64,000 nt of DNA from SAR202 cluster bacterium (GTDB lineage Bacteria; Chloroflexota; Dehalococcoidia; Lucifugimonadales; UBA6927), in NCBI GenBank assembly GCA_022447855.1, contig JAKUTX010000005.1, forward strand, positions 4,467 through 68,466. Direction: 5' to 3'. Below, piece after piece: positions 18,977 to 28,399 of the stretch (its first letter is position 1; every line of letters starts with the position of its first letter). Below the pieces are notes generated by a model. It had not been told where the DNA came from, made no database searches, and was given only the letters and a program-made list of their open reading frames with translations. The position numbers and the translations under genes were made by a program.

Positions 18977-19726
18977 ATGAATATTCTATTAACAGGTGGT
19001 TCTGGGATGGTTGGATCGTTTATTACTCCTTATCTTTTAAAAGATAACAATGTAAAAGTTTTTGATTTGACTCCTCCTGAGAACCAGGAAGTGGATTTTA
19101 TTCAAGGATCTATGCTGAATCCAAATGACATTAAAGAAGCTTTGAAGGATGTGGAAATTTTCGTTAACGTGACTATGAAGAGTCCACAGGGTGGTAGTGA
19201 GACAACACAGTCGATAAAAGAGATTACTGAGAATTATGAATTGAATACAAGGGGATTACATCTATTCTTATTTCATGCTCAAGAGATGGGAGTTTTAAAA
19301 GGAGTTCACACGAGTACTATGAGCGTTCATTATAGAGAAAGGGATTTTTTTAATGCAGAAGAAGAAATTCCTTTGGATACTCCTTCGGTTTATGGGCTAA
19401 CAAAAGGCTTTGGTGAGTTGATCTGTTCATATTTTGCAAGATGGTTTGATATGAACATTTTGGCATTGAGGATTACTGGGCCAAGAACTGCACAAAAGTG
19501 GGATGAGGAAACTACGAAGATGGGTAACGGATTGATGGATCGAAGATTATGGATAACACATGAGGAAGATTTAGCCAATGCTTACTTAGCTGGAATGGAT
19601 TATGTTTCTACGGGGCATGGAAGATTTGAATCAATATTTATCGCAGGCGATCCTAATGAAAATGAACACAATTTAACAAAGGCAAAACATTTACTAAACT
19701 GGACCCCGAGGTCAATAGGGATTTAA
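18977..19726 (+). CDS. NAD-dependent epimerase/dehydratase family protein (short-chain Rossmann)
   Basis: The track ORF 18785..19726 reads through tRNA-Gly. The plausible start is ATG 18977 (MNILLTGGSGMVGS, GxxGxxG at the N-terminus), preceded by GGAGAGG. Confidence 0.75.
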   Translation: MNILLTGGSGMVGSFITPYLLKDNNVKVFDLTPPENQEVDFIQGSMLNPNDIKEALKDVEIFVNVTMKSPQGGSETTQSIKEITENYELNTRGLHLFLFHAQEMGVLKGVHTSTMSVHYRERDFFNAEEEIPLDTPSVYGLTKGFGELICSYFARWFDMNILALRITGPRTAQKWDEETTKMGNGLMDRRLWITHEEDLANAYLAGMDYVSTGHGRFESIFIAGDPNENEHNLTKAKHLLNWTPRSIGI

Positions 19727-20872
19727 ATGAAAATAGAAAAAATTGAAACACATTTGGTTCGGGATTTATTTCTTGTTGAAATAATTACAGATAATGGCAT
19801 TAGGGGTTTGGGTCAATCAGCTTGCTGGGGATTCCCTGAAGCAGTAAGTGCTATTGTGAAAAAAATGATTCCACTTTTGGTTGGTCAAGATCCTACTAAT
19901 ACCGAACACATTAGCCAATTACTTTATCGATCGGCTCCTTTCAAAGGTTCTGTGTTGTCAGGAGCTTTGTCGGCGATTGATATAGCACTTTGGGATATTA
20001 AGGCAAAGAAGTTTCAAATTCCAGTATGGGAATTATTGGGCGGGAAGGTTCGTGACAAAGTGAGACTTCATTTATTGCTAGGTGGTTGGGATAATCAATT
20101 GCCAAAAGAAGAGGGGATTTTTGGGGCTGCTAAAAAAGCTGTCGCACAAGGATTTACAGCTTTAAAAATCGATCCACTTCCAGACAATTATTTTGATCTT
20201 TCATTGGAAAAACTTGTTAAACAAACTAGGGAATATGTTGGTGCTTTGAGGGAAGGCGCAGGTGATGAAGTTGATATTATTTTAGAAATCCATCGTAAAT
20301 TAACACCGATGGTTGCCATTCACTTGGCTGAAAATCTAAAGGAATTCAATCCTATGTTTTATGAAGATCCAATTCAAATTGACAGTATTATTTCACAGGG
20401 TGAAATAGCCCAGAAAGTTTCTATACCTGTAGCAAATGGAGAAAGGATGCATTCTATTTGGGAATTCCGAGAACTTTTAACTCACGGAGGTCCTCAATAT
20501 GTTAGGCCCGATGTAGGATTGGCTGGCGGATTAACCCATACAAAGAAAATTGCAGCAATCGCTGAATCTTTTCATTCTGCTGTTGTTACTCATAATTTCC
20601 TAGGTCCCATTTTAACTGCAGCATCTGTACATCTTGATGTTACTATTCCCAATTTCATTACTCAGGAATATACATTGGCTGATGAATCTGAGAAACATGA
20701 TTTTGTTAATTCTACTCTTAAGCGAGAAGGTGGGTATATCCTTCTTCCAGACGAGATTGGTTTAGGTGTAGAAATTGACCAAGAAAAAATTTCTAAAACC
20801 CCTTATTCTCCCCGTGAATTGCAAGATGCAGTTCCTTTTCGGAATGATGGGTCTGTCGCTTTTTCTGTTTAA
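19727..20872 (+). CDS. enolase-superfamily enzyme 2 (acid-sugar dehydratase-like)
   Basis: 381 aa. AIDIALWDIKAKKFQIPVWELLGG, barrel blocks ILEIHRK, FYEDP and ANGER. The start abuts the stop of the upstream epimerase gene (TAAATG). Confidence 0.85.
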   Translation: MKIEKIETHLVRDLFLVEIITDNGIRGLGQSACWGFPEAVSAIVKKMIPLLVGQDPTNTEHISQLLYRSAPFKGSVLSGALSAIDIALWDIKAKKFQIPVWELLGGKVRDKVRLHLLLGGWDNQLPKEEGIFGAAKKAVAQGFTALKIDPLPDNYFDLSLEKLVKQTREYVGALREGAGDEVDIILEIHRKLTPMVAIHLAENLKEFNPMFYEDPIQIDSIISQGEIAQKVSIPVANGERMHSIWEFRELLTHGGPQYVRPDVGLAGGLTHTKKIAAIAESFHSAVVTHNFLGPILTAASVHLDVTIPNFITQEYTLADESEKHDFVNSTLKREGGYILLPDEIGLGVEIDQEKISKTPYSPRELQDAVPFRNDGSVAFSV

Positions 20873-20891
20873 ATATTTTTAGGAGAATATA

Positions 20892-22010
20892 TTGAAAATT
20901 ATATCTGTTGAATCTGCAACTTGCGTTGTTCCATTGGATTCAGGTGTTGCTTTTGCGACTAGGTCCGTTCAGGAGCGACATTATACGTTGGTTAGAATCC
21001 GTTCAGATTCTGGAATTGAGGGGATAGGATTTTCATATACTGGTCATAAGGCAGGTGGTGTGACAACGATGGCAATAAGAGAATTGTTGTCGGATGTTGT
21101 TATTGGACGTGATCCTCATCAGATAGAATCAATTTGGGATGAAATGTACAAGGAATCTATTTTGCACGGACGCAGAGGGTCGGTTTTGAGAGGAATCAGT
21201 GCAATTGATATAGCTTTATGGGATTTAATTTCAAAAGATGCAGGGCTTCCACTATATAAGATGTTAGGAGCATTTCATGAAGAAATTGTTCCAGCATATG
21301 CTAGTGGTGGATATTATCAACCAAATAAGACTCCAGAAGATTTAGCGAATGAGATGCGAAGTTATTTAGATTTGGGACTTAGGGCTGTTAAAATTAAAGT
21401 AGGTAGAGTTTCCACCTCTGAGGATGTTACTAGGATAGGATTTGCACGAGAGGCAGTAGGGAACTCAGTCCCTTTATTTTTGGATGCAAATAATGCTTGG
21501 AGTGATGCAAGTTCAGCAATTCAGGCCTGTAGGGAATTTGAGGTTCATTCACCTGATTGGATTGAAGAACCATTAATGCCGGATGATATTTTAGGTCATG
21601 CAAAAATTGCTCAGGCAATAAATATACCTGTTGCTACGGGAGAAATTCATCAAACAAGATGGGATTTTGAACAGATTTTAGATAATAATGCTGCAGATAT
21701 TTTACAATCAGATGCAGGTGTTTGCGGAGGCATAACTGAATGGAGGAAGATTGCATCAATGGCAGCAGGACGTGATGTAATTGTTGCTCCTCACTGGTTA
21801 GCTGATATACATGTTCACTTAGTTGCCAGTACTCCTAATGCATCTTGGGTTGAGTTCTTTACGGATCATTCAGTTCTAAATATTGGTAGATTGTTTTCGA
21901 CATCGCTAGAGATCAAAGATGGAGGCTTAAAAATTCCTCAGAGTCCTGGGATAGGTGTGGATTTTGATGATGAAGCAGTGCAAAAATTTTCTTTAGATGG
22001 TTGGCTATAA
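20892..22010 (+). CDS. enolase-superfamily enzyme 3 (mandelate racemase family)
   Basis: 372 aa. AIDIALWDLISKDAGLPLYKMLG, LDANNAW, WIEEP and ATGE blocks. TTG start with an AGGAG RBS. Confidence 0.85.
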   Translation: MKIISVESATCVVPLDSGVAFATRSVQERHYTLVRIRSDSGIEGIGFSYTGHKAGGVTTMAIRELLSDVVIGRDPHQIESIWDEMYKESILHGRRGSVLRGISAIDIALWDLISKDAGLPLYKMLGAFHEEIVPAYASGGYYQPNKTPEDLANEMRSYLDLGLRAVKIKVGRVSTSEDVTRIGFAREAVGNSVPLFLDANNAWSDASSAIQACREFEVHSPDWIEEPLMPDDILGHAKIAQAINIPVATGEIHQTRWDFEQILDNNAADILQSDAGVCGGITEWRKIASMAAGRDVIVAPHWLADIHVHLVASTPNASWVEFFTDHSVLNIGRLFSTSLEIKDGGLKIPQSPGIGVDFDDEAVQKFSLDGWL

Positions 22011-22024
22011 TACGAGGAGTGTAA

Positions 22025-23008
22025 ATGCGTGCAGCAGTTATTACGAAACCAGGCGGACCTGAAGTTTTCGAAATTCAAGAAATTGACGACCCAAAATGTG
22101 GTAACGAAGATGTTTTGGTACAGGTTAAAGCATCCGCTTTAAATAGAGCTGATACTTTACAACGAAAAGGCAGATATCCTTCTCCCGTAGGTATTCGATC
22201 TGATGTTCCCGGTTTGGAAATGTCGGGGATAGTTTTAGATGTTGGGTCATTAGTTCAGGGATTTAATCCAGGTGATAGGGTGTTTGGATTGTTGGGAGGG
22301 GGTGGATATGCTGAAAAAGTAGTGACAAACCAACATATGATTGCACATATTCCGGGTAATTTAAACTTTGAAGAAGCGGCTTCGATTCCTGAAGTTTTTA
22401 TTACCGCTTTTGATGCAATAGTTAATCAATGTCAGCTTGAGATGGGTGAATCTGTATTAATTCATGCAGTCGGGAGTGGTGTTGGCACAGCGGCAGTTCA
22501 GATTGCAAAGTCTCTTGGTGTACGAACATTTGGGACGAGTGGGTCTGATGAAAAGTTAAGCTATGCGAAAGATTTAGGATTGGATGTTCCAATAAATTAT
22601 CATAAGGATGATTTTTCCGAAGTCATTAGTAAAGATACAAATGATCAAGGTGTTGATGTAGTTTTGGATGTGATTGGAGCTCCATACTGGTACAAAAATA
22701 TTCAATCATTATCATCTCAGGGGCGATTAGTTTTGGTAGGTACAATGGGAGGTTCAACTCTAGAAATAGATTTTGGCCAATTAATGCAAAAGAGACTCAA
22801 GATATTTGGAACAGTTCTTCGAGCAAGGTCTATGCCTGAAAAAATGGCATTGAATCAGCAGTTTATTAAAAATTTGTTGCCTTTGATTTCAAGCGGGAAG
22901 ATTCGACCAATAGTTGACAAAATTTTCCCATTAGAAAAAGTTTCTGATGCTCATATATATATGGAAAGCAATAAGAATTTTGGGAAGATTGTTTTGTCTA
23001 TATCCTAA
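22025..23008 (+). CDS. NADPH:quinone oxidoreductase / zinc-independent MDR family
   Basis: 327 aa. GroES-like N-terminal domain and Rossmann block IHAVGSGVGTAAVQIAK. Ends in NFGKIVL, typical of the Qor-like family. Confidence 0.85.
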   Translation: MRAAVITKPGGPEVFEIQEIDDPKCGNEDVLVQVKASALNRADTLQRKGRYPSPVGIRSDVPGLEMSGIVLDVGSLVQGFNPGDRVFGLLGGGGYAEKVVTNQHMIAHIPGNLNFEEAASIPEVFITAFDAIVNQCQLEMGESVLIHAVGSGVGTAAVQIAKSLGVRTFGTSGSDEKLSYAKDLGLDVPINYHKDDFSEVISKDTNDQGVDVVLDVIGAPYWYKNIQSLSSQGRLVLVGTMGGSTLEIDFGQLMQKRLKIFGTVLRARSMPEKMALNQQFIKNLLPLISSGKIRPIVDKIFPLEKVSDAHIYMESNKNFGKIVLSIS

Positions 23009-23337
23009 AATTTCCAAACGTGTTTTACATTTTGGAGTGTAAAAGAAACTTCTTCGGATATTTCGATTAATGGATTGAAGACTTGGTCGTGAATTGGTTT
23101 AGCAACCCATGAAAGTCTTTCCTCCTCAGAGTTCCAGTATGATATTACTTCGAAAACATTCTCAGGTATTTTACCTCCAGCTTTTATAAGACTAGAGTCT
23201 TCGAATTTTTTAAGTAGTACTGCTTTCAAAAACCCTTTTTGTTTGGCCATTGCGGCTATCCACTTTTCAGAAATGCCGTTTTCTAGAGATTTTTCATGGC
23301 CACTTTTTGGGTTGAAATATACATGTAGTGCAATCAT
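23005..23337 (-). CDS. small ferredoxin-fold protein, possibly ABM (antibiotic biosynthesis monooxygenase-like) domain
   Basis: 110 aa. The pattern (GFLKAVLL...ISYWNSEEERLSW) resembles ABM domains. Tentative. Confidence 0.4.
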   Translation of the reverse strand: MIALHVYFNPKSGHEKSLENGISEKWIAAMAKQKGFLKAVLLKKFEDSSLIKAGGKIPENVFEVISYWNSEEERLSWVAKPIHDQVFNPLIEISEEVSFTLQNVKHVWKF

Positions 23338-23341
23338 TTGA

Positions 23342-24232
23342 TTAGTTCCATATTGTATTTCCTGGAATTAAGGTGCGAATCTTGTAAAGTGATGTTGAGG
23401 CAGTAATGTACATGGTCTGCATGTCCTCATCTCCCCAAGTAAAATTTGAGACTGATTCGGGTATTTTAATTACACCAATCGATTTTCCGGAAGGATCGAA
23501 ATAGTGGATTCCTCCAGGTCCAGTAGTACATATATTTCCTAAAGAATCTATTTTCATTCCATCTGGAACGCCTTTTCCTTCACCAAATACTGTAGTCCAA
23601 ACCTTTCCCTCAGATAATGATCCATCATCTGAAACAATGAACGAACGAATATGTTCCCTTGCAGAGTCATTAACAAATAATTTTTTCTCGTCGAGAGAAA
23701 AACATAATCCATTTGGTTGGATGAAATCATCTGATAAAAGAGTAATTTTTTTGCTTTCAGGTTCAATGTTATAGAGACCACAAAAGTCTAGTTCCTGTTC
23801 TCTCGGTACTCCGTAGTATTCCATTCTTCCAAATGAGGGATCCGTAAAATATATAAGGCCGTTTTTACTAATAATTAAATCGTTGGGGCTATTTAATTCT
23901 TTCATGCCATAGTGAGAGGCTAAAATAGTGATTGAACCATTTAATTCAGTTCTCACCACTCTGCTAGTGGCATGTTCACAAGTAATAAGACGCCCTTTAG
24001 AATCAAAAAAATTTCCATTTGCCATGTTACTTGGTTGTCTAAATGTTTCGACCCCATTTTTGACTGTCCACTTACGCATGATATTTCCAGGCATATCGCT
24101 GAAAATTAAAGCATTTTCAATAGGATTCCAAACTGGTCCTTCGGTGAATTCAAATCCAGTTGCCAGTTGTTGGATTGAGACGTTTGGATCGACTATTTTT
24201 TTGAATGTATCGTCACGAATTTCAATGTTCAA
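23342..24232 (-). CDS. SMP-30/gluconolactonase/LRE-family lactonase
   Basis: 296 aa. TEGPVWNP, SPNDLI, QPNGLCFS and VPDGMKID blocks, characteristic of the six-bladed lactonase propeller. Confidence 0.8.
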   Translation of the reverse strand: MNIEIRDDTFKKIVDPNVSIQQLATGFEFTEGPVWNPIENALIFSDMPGNIMRKWTVKNGVETFRQPSNMANGNFFDSKGRLITCEHATSRVVRTELNGSITILASHYGMKELNSPNDLIISKNGLIYFTDPSFGRMEYYGVPREQELDFCGLYNIEPESKKITLLSDDFIQPNGLCFSLDEKKLFVNDSAREHIRSFIVSDDGSLSEGKVWTTVFGEGKGVPDGMKIDSLGNICTTGPGGIHYFDPSGKSIGVIKIPESVSNFTWGDEDMQTMYITASTSLYKIRTLIPGNTIWN

Positions 24233-24261
24233 TTTAATCGCCTTTAATATTTAAAATATTG

Positions 24262-25647
24262 TTATTGAATAGTTTTTGTGGGTTCTGGCGAGGGTTCCTT
24301 TTTTGGAGATGCTAGCCGAAGAATTAAGTATCCTCCAATTCCAGCAATAATTGATCCGATAACTACTCCAATTTTGGCTTGGACAATTGATTGTTCGTCA
24401 GTCAAAGCTAAACTGATTATAAATAGAGACATAGTAAAACCGATCCCACCAAGCCACGATACTCCATATATATGGATCCATCGTATACTAGGTGGAAGTG
24501 ATGCTAAACCAAGACGTACTGCAATCCAAACACAACCGAAAATCCCTATTTGTTTTCCTAGGACCAAGCCAAGGATTATTCCTATGCTGACGTTATTAAA
24601 AATATTTTCAGATAGATTATGTCCTAAATAAACTCCTGCATTAGATATTGCAAAGAGTGGAATTATTATAAATGAAACTATTGGTAGCAAATTATGCTCA
24701 AGTTGAATTAGTGGGGAAGTAATATTGCTGGCAGCGGTTTTTAGTTGTTTTAGATGTTCGTTTTGTTCGTCAGAAAGAATGTCAGATTCAGAAGTTTTGT
24801 CGTTTAAAGATTCTTTTTTAAATGAATTTAAAATGTTTTGTACATTGGTCGCGAATGCTGCTTTGTTTACTCTCATATTTAATGGAATAGTCATGGCAAT
24901 TAAAACGCCTGCGATGCTGGTATGGATTCCTGAGGTTAAAACTGATAGCCAGACTAATGCTGCCATCGTACCAAAGAACCAAGCTGATTTAACATGAAGT
25001 TTAATTGAAGCAGTAATCATAGAGGCCAACAATAAGCCAGAAACTATAATTTGCGTTAAGTTAATGGTGTCAGTGTAGAAAATCGCTATTACTATTACTG
25101 CACCAATATCGTCTACTATAGCAAAAACAGAAAGGAATAATTTCAAACTGATTGGTGCTCTTGTTCGGAGTAATGCAAGTACTGCCATACTAAATGCAAT
25201 GTCAGTAGCCATTGGGATTCCCCATCCATTGGCTGCGTTAGTATCTTTATTGAGAATATAGAAAAGTATTGCCGGTACAATCATTCCACCTAATGCTGCA
25301 TATACTGGCAAAGAGGCATTACGCCAGTTTTTTAATTCACCTTCTAAAATATTTCGTTTTATCTCAAGGCCTATTAAGAAAAAGAAGATTGCCATTAGAA
25401 AATCATTTATCCAAAAATGAATGGTTCCATTCAATGAAAAACCAGCAATGCCAATTTCAAAATGGTTTTCCCAAAATTGTTCATATGAAATATGGGCGAT
25501 ATTACTCCAAATGAAAGCGACAATTGCACAAATTACGAGTAATATCCCACTAATAGTTGCATCTTTAATCCAAACATTGAACATGCTTTTGATTGGACCA
25601 GTGATGTCTTCAAATAATTTGTCAATAATTGTAAAAAAACTTTTCAT
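24262..25647 (-). CDS. nhaA: Na+/H+ antiporter NhaA
   Basis: 461 aa, polytopic. The conserved NhaA block AIVDDIGAVIVIAIFYT contains the double-Asp site. Confidence 0.85.
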   Translation of the reverse strand: MKSFFTIIDKLFEDITGPIKSMFNVWIKDATISGILLVICAIVAFIWSNIAHISYEQFWENHFEIGIAGFSLNGTIHFWINDFLMAIFFFLIGLEIKRNILEGELKNWRNASLPVYAALGGMIVPAILFYILNKDTNAANGWGIPMATDIAFSMAVLALLRTRAPISLKLFLSVFAIVDDIGAVIVIAIFYTDTINLTQIIVSGLLLASMITASIKLHVKSAWFFGTMAALVWLSVLTSGIHTSIAGVLIAMTIPLNMRVNKAAFATNVQNILNSFKKESLNDKTSESDILSDEQNEHLKQLKTAASNITSPLIQLEHNLLPIVSFIIIPLFAISNAGVYLGHNLSENIFNNVSIGIILGLVLGKQIGIFGCVWIAVRLGLASLPPSIRWIHIYGVSWLGGIGFTMSLFIISLALTDEQSIVQAKIGVVIGSIIAGIGGYLILRLASPKKEPSPEPTKTIQ

Positions 25648-25789
25648 TTAGATCCCGAAATTCATTTGTTGTAAAAGTGATGTTATAGGCATTTAACCCT
25701 ATTTTATCACATGTTTCGAATTTATTTGTAATGTGATATATTCTAATCCATAGTTCTATGAGTTACCCAGTATTTCGGTAGGGGGAAAG

Positions 25790-27163
25790 ATGGCATTATT
25801 AGAGCAAAGAACAAGTATTGCACAAGTTGCGCATTTACTTAGGAGGGCGGCATTTGGAGAACCAGCTTCCAAATTGGAGAGCAGGTTGTCAGAGTCATAT
25901 GAATCAATTGTTGAAGATCTGATAAATGTTGGCAATTATCCTAGGCTTGAGGAAGATCTTTTAGAAAGACATAATTTACAACACGCTGATGAAGAAGTTC
26001 GTTATTGGACTAGAGCTAGATGGATATATCGGATGATTAATTCACCTAGGCCTCTTGAAGAAAAAGTTGCATTGATGTGGCATGGGGTTTTTGCTACTGG
26101 AGATTCAAAAGTCACAAATAATCCAATGATGAGGACCCATTATGAGATGCTTCGGGATAAAGGACTTGGGAATTTTCAGGATCTACTTGTCGCATTGGCA
26201 AAAGATCCTGCAATGATCTTTTGGTTGGATAACCAAATGAATCATGCCGACGCTCCGAATGAAAATTTTGGTAGAGAATTGCTTGAGTTATTTAGCATGG
26301 GCATTGGCAATTATAGTGAAGAAGATGTTAAAGAGTGCGCTAGAGCATTCACAGGATGGACGAAATCGCAAACAATTCCTAGATATCCTAATGGGTTTTA
26401 TGATAGTCAGTTTATATTTAGATCAGAAGATCATGATTCTGGAATGAAAACTTTTTTGGGTGAAACTGGCCCATTTGATGGTGAAGATATTATAGATATC
26501 ATTGTGAAGCAACCAGCTACAGCAAAATTTGTTGCGTCTGAAATCTATTCTTTTTTTGTTTCTGATGATCCCGTTGAAGAACATGTTGAATTAATTGCTG
26601 AGGTTTTTGTAAATTCGAACTATATGATCTCGGAAGTTTTGCGCTACGTTTTCAATACCGATTTTTTTAAAAATGCAATATTTAAGAAAGTTAAGAGTCC
26701 TCCTGAAATTGTAGTCGGAACGGCAATACTTTCTGGAAGACATCAGACACCATACGAATTTGGACTTTCTAGGATGGCAGATGCTACAAAGAATATGGGT
26801 CAAGACTTGTTAAATCCTCCTACTGTAGAAGGATGGCATACTGGTAGAGAATGGATTGATTCGTCATACTTAATAGAACGAGTGAATTTTTCAGCTCAGA
26901 TGATATCCGATATTTCTGCTCCAGGAACAGAAGCAATAATTAATAGGATCGCTTCTAAAAAATCTAAGTTTCTTGCTAGGGAATTATTAGATGAGTGCTT
27001 GTATGAAATGGGATCAATTCATCTTAAGCCTCGATCTATTGAAGTGTTATTTGATGAATTAGACATACCAGATTTTATAGATACTGAATCCAAAGAATTC
27101 TTAGAAATTGTATCGGGGATGCTTAGGTTAATTGTATCTTCCAGAGAGTATCAATTTGCGTAA
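25790..27163 (+). CDS. DUF1800 family protein, leaderless
   Basis: 457 aa. N-terminal AHLLRRAAFG block, HWHGVFAT-like (MWHGVFAT) and ENFGRELLELFSMGIGNYSEEDV blocks as I recall for DUF1800. Immediately precedes a DUF1501 gene, the usual pairing. Confidence 0.8.
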   Translation: MALLEQRTSIAQVAHLLRRAAFGEPASKLESRLSESYESIVEDLINVGNYPRLEEDLLERHNLQHADEEVRYWTRARWIYRMINSPRPLEEKVALMWHGVFATGDSKVTNNPMMRTHYEMLRDKGLGNFQDLLVALAKDPAMIFWLDNQMNHADAPNENFGRELLELFSMGIGNYSEEDVKECARAFTGWTKSQTIPRYPNGFYDSQFIFRSEDHDSGMKTFLGETGPFDGEDIIDIIVKQPATAKFVASEIYSFFVSDDPVEEHVELIAEVFVNSNYMISEVLRYVFNTDFFKNAIFKKVKSPPEIVVGTAILSGRHQTPYEFGLSRMADATKNMGQDLLNPPTVEGWHTGREWIDSSYLIERVNFSAQMISDISAPGTEAIINRIASKKSKFLARELLDECLYEMGSIHLKPRSIEVLFDELDIPDFIDTESKEFLEIVSGMLRLIVSSREYQFA

Positions 27164-27202
27164 TGTTTTTGATTTTGAATTTGTAAATTCTGAGGAGAAA
27201 AG

Positions 27203-28363
27203 ATGGTTGAACAATTAAATGAAACATTAGACTCTGGAAAACCACCCGTATTTGTTGTAATTCAACTTTCTGGTGGGAATGATTTTATGAGTACAGTAAT
27301 TCCGTTTAGGGATTCCCATTATTTTGAGTTTCGTAAGACTGTTGGTATTTCTGAAGAAGATGCACTGCATATTGATCAAGGATTTGCCTTTCATCCTGCT
27401 ATGGGAGCTATTAAACGACTTTGGGATGAAGGTAAGGTAGCGCTTTTCCCAGGATCGGGATATCCTTCTCCCAACAGATCACATTTTAGATCGATGGACA
27501 TTTGGCATACCGCTAATCCAGAAACTTTAAGTTCCGATGGTTGGTTAGGGAAAACGATAAGAGAACTTGATCCACAAAAAGAAAATGTTGTTACAGGGGT
27601 AAGCTTTGGTTCAGGACTCCCAAGGGCAATGTATTTGTCAGGGACTCCTGCAATATCTGTGACTGAATTAGAGGGATATGGGTTGTTGACTGATCTTGCA
27701 GGAAAGAAACAACGCCAGGCAGTAAAAGCTTTTACCAGGATGTATGCCCCAGAAGAATTTGAAGAAGCTAGCGTAGTATGGGACCATTTAGGACAAACAG
27801 GTATTGATGCTCTTAATGGAGCAGATATGCTTAGCACTGCTCCTCCTATTTATAAATCTAGTATTGAATATGCTGAGGATTCACTTTCTCAAAGTCTTAA
27901 AGGTATAGCTCAAGTTCATCTTTCTGGCATAGGTACAAGAGTGTTTTATGCTCAATTAGGTGGTTTTGATGTTCATGGAGCTCAGATTCAAACGCAACAA
28001 AAATTACTGTCTTCTGTATCTAGAGCAGTAGGTGATTTTATTGATGATCTTAGAGAACATGAGGCTTCAAATGAGGTTGTGGTAATGATTTTTTCAGAAT
28101 TTGGTCGCCGAATTCGAGATAATGGAAATGGTACAGATCATGGTTCTGGGGGAGGCACTTTTTTGATTGGCGATAGAGTAAAGGGTGGTTTCTATGATAA
28201 TTATCCTTCTTTAGCTCCAAAAGACCAACTTGATGGAGATATGCATTTTACTCATGATTTTAGGTCAGTATATGCAACAGTTTTAGAACAATGGATTGGA
28301 ATCAATTCTAATCCAATATTAGATAGCAAGTTTGATCAATTTGAGGGTGTATTTTCTCGTTAG
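27203..28363 (+). CDS. DUF1501 family protein, leaderless
   Basis: 386 aa. QLSGGND, GSGYPSPNRSHFRSMDIWHTA, SEFGRR and GTDHG blocks. The mature-domain motif begins at residue ~16, so there is no Tat/Sec leader. Confidence 0.85.
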   Translation: MVEQLNETLDSGKPPVFVVIQLSGGNDFMSTVIPFRDSHYFEFRKTVGISEEDALHIDQGFAFHPAMGAIKRLWDEGKVALFPGSGYPSPNRSHFRSMDIWHTANPETLSSDGWLGKTIRELDPQKENVVTGVSFGSGLPRAMYLSGTPAISVTELEGYGLLTDLAGKKQRQAVKAFTRMYAPEEFEEASVVWDHLGQTGIDALNGADMLSTAPPIYKSSIEYAEDSLSQSLKGIAQVHLSGIGTRVFYAQLGGFDVHGAQIQTQQKLLSSVSRAVGDFIDDLREHEASNEVVVMIFSEFGRRIRDNGNGTDHGSGGGTFLIGDRVKGGFYDNYPSLAPKDQLDGDMHFTHDFRSVYATVLEQWIGINSNPILDSKFDQFEGVFSR

Positions 28364-28399
28364 ATTTTTAAATTCAGTCTTTATAATTAGGAACTCAAT

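Noticed and set aside
13660-24232. Catabolic island as a tRNA-targeted genomic island or integrative element
   Set aside because: No integrase, transposase or recombinase is present, no tRNA-fragment direct repeats were visible by eye, and the coding style is the same as the surroundings. It is kept only as a low-interest note on the tRNAs.
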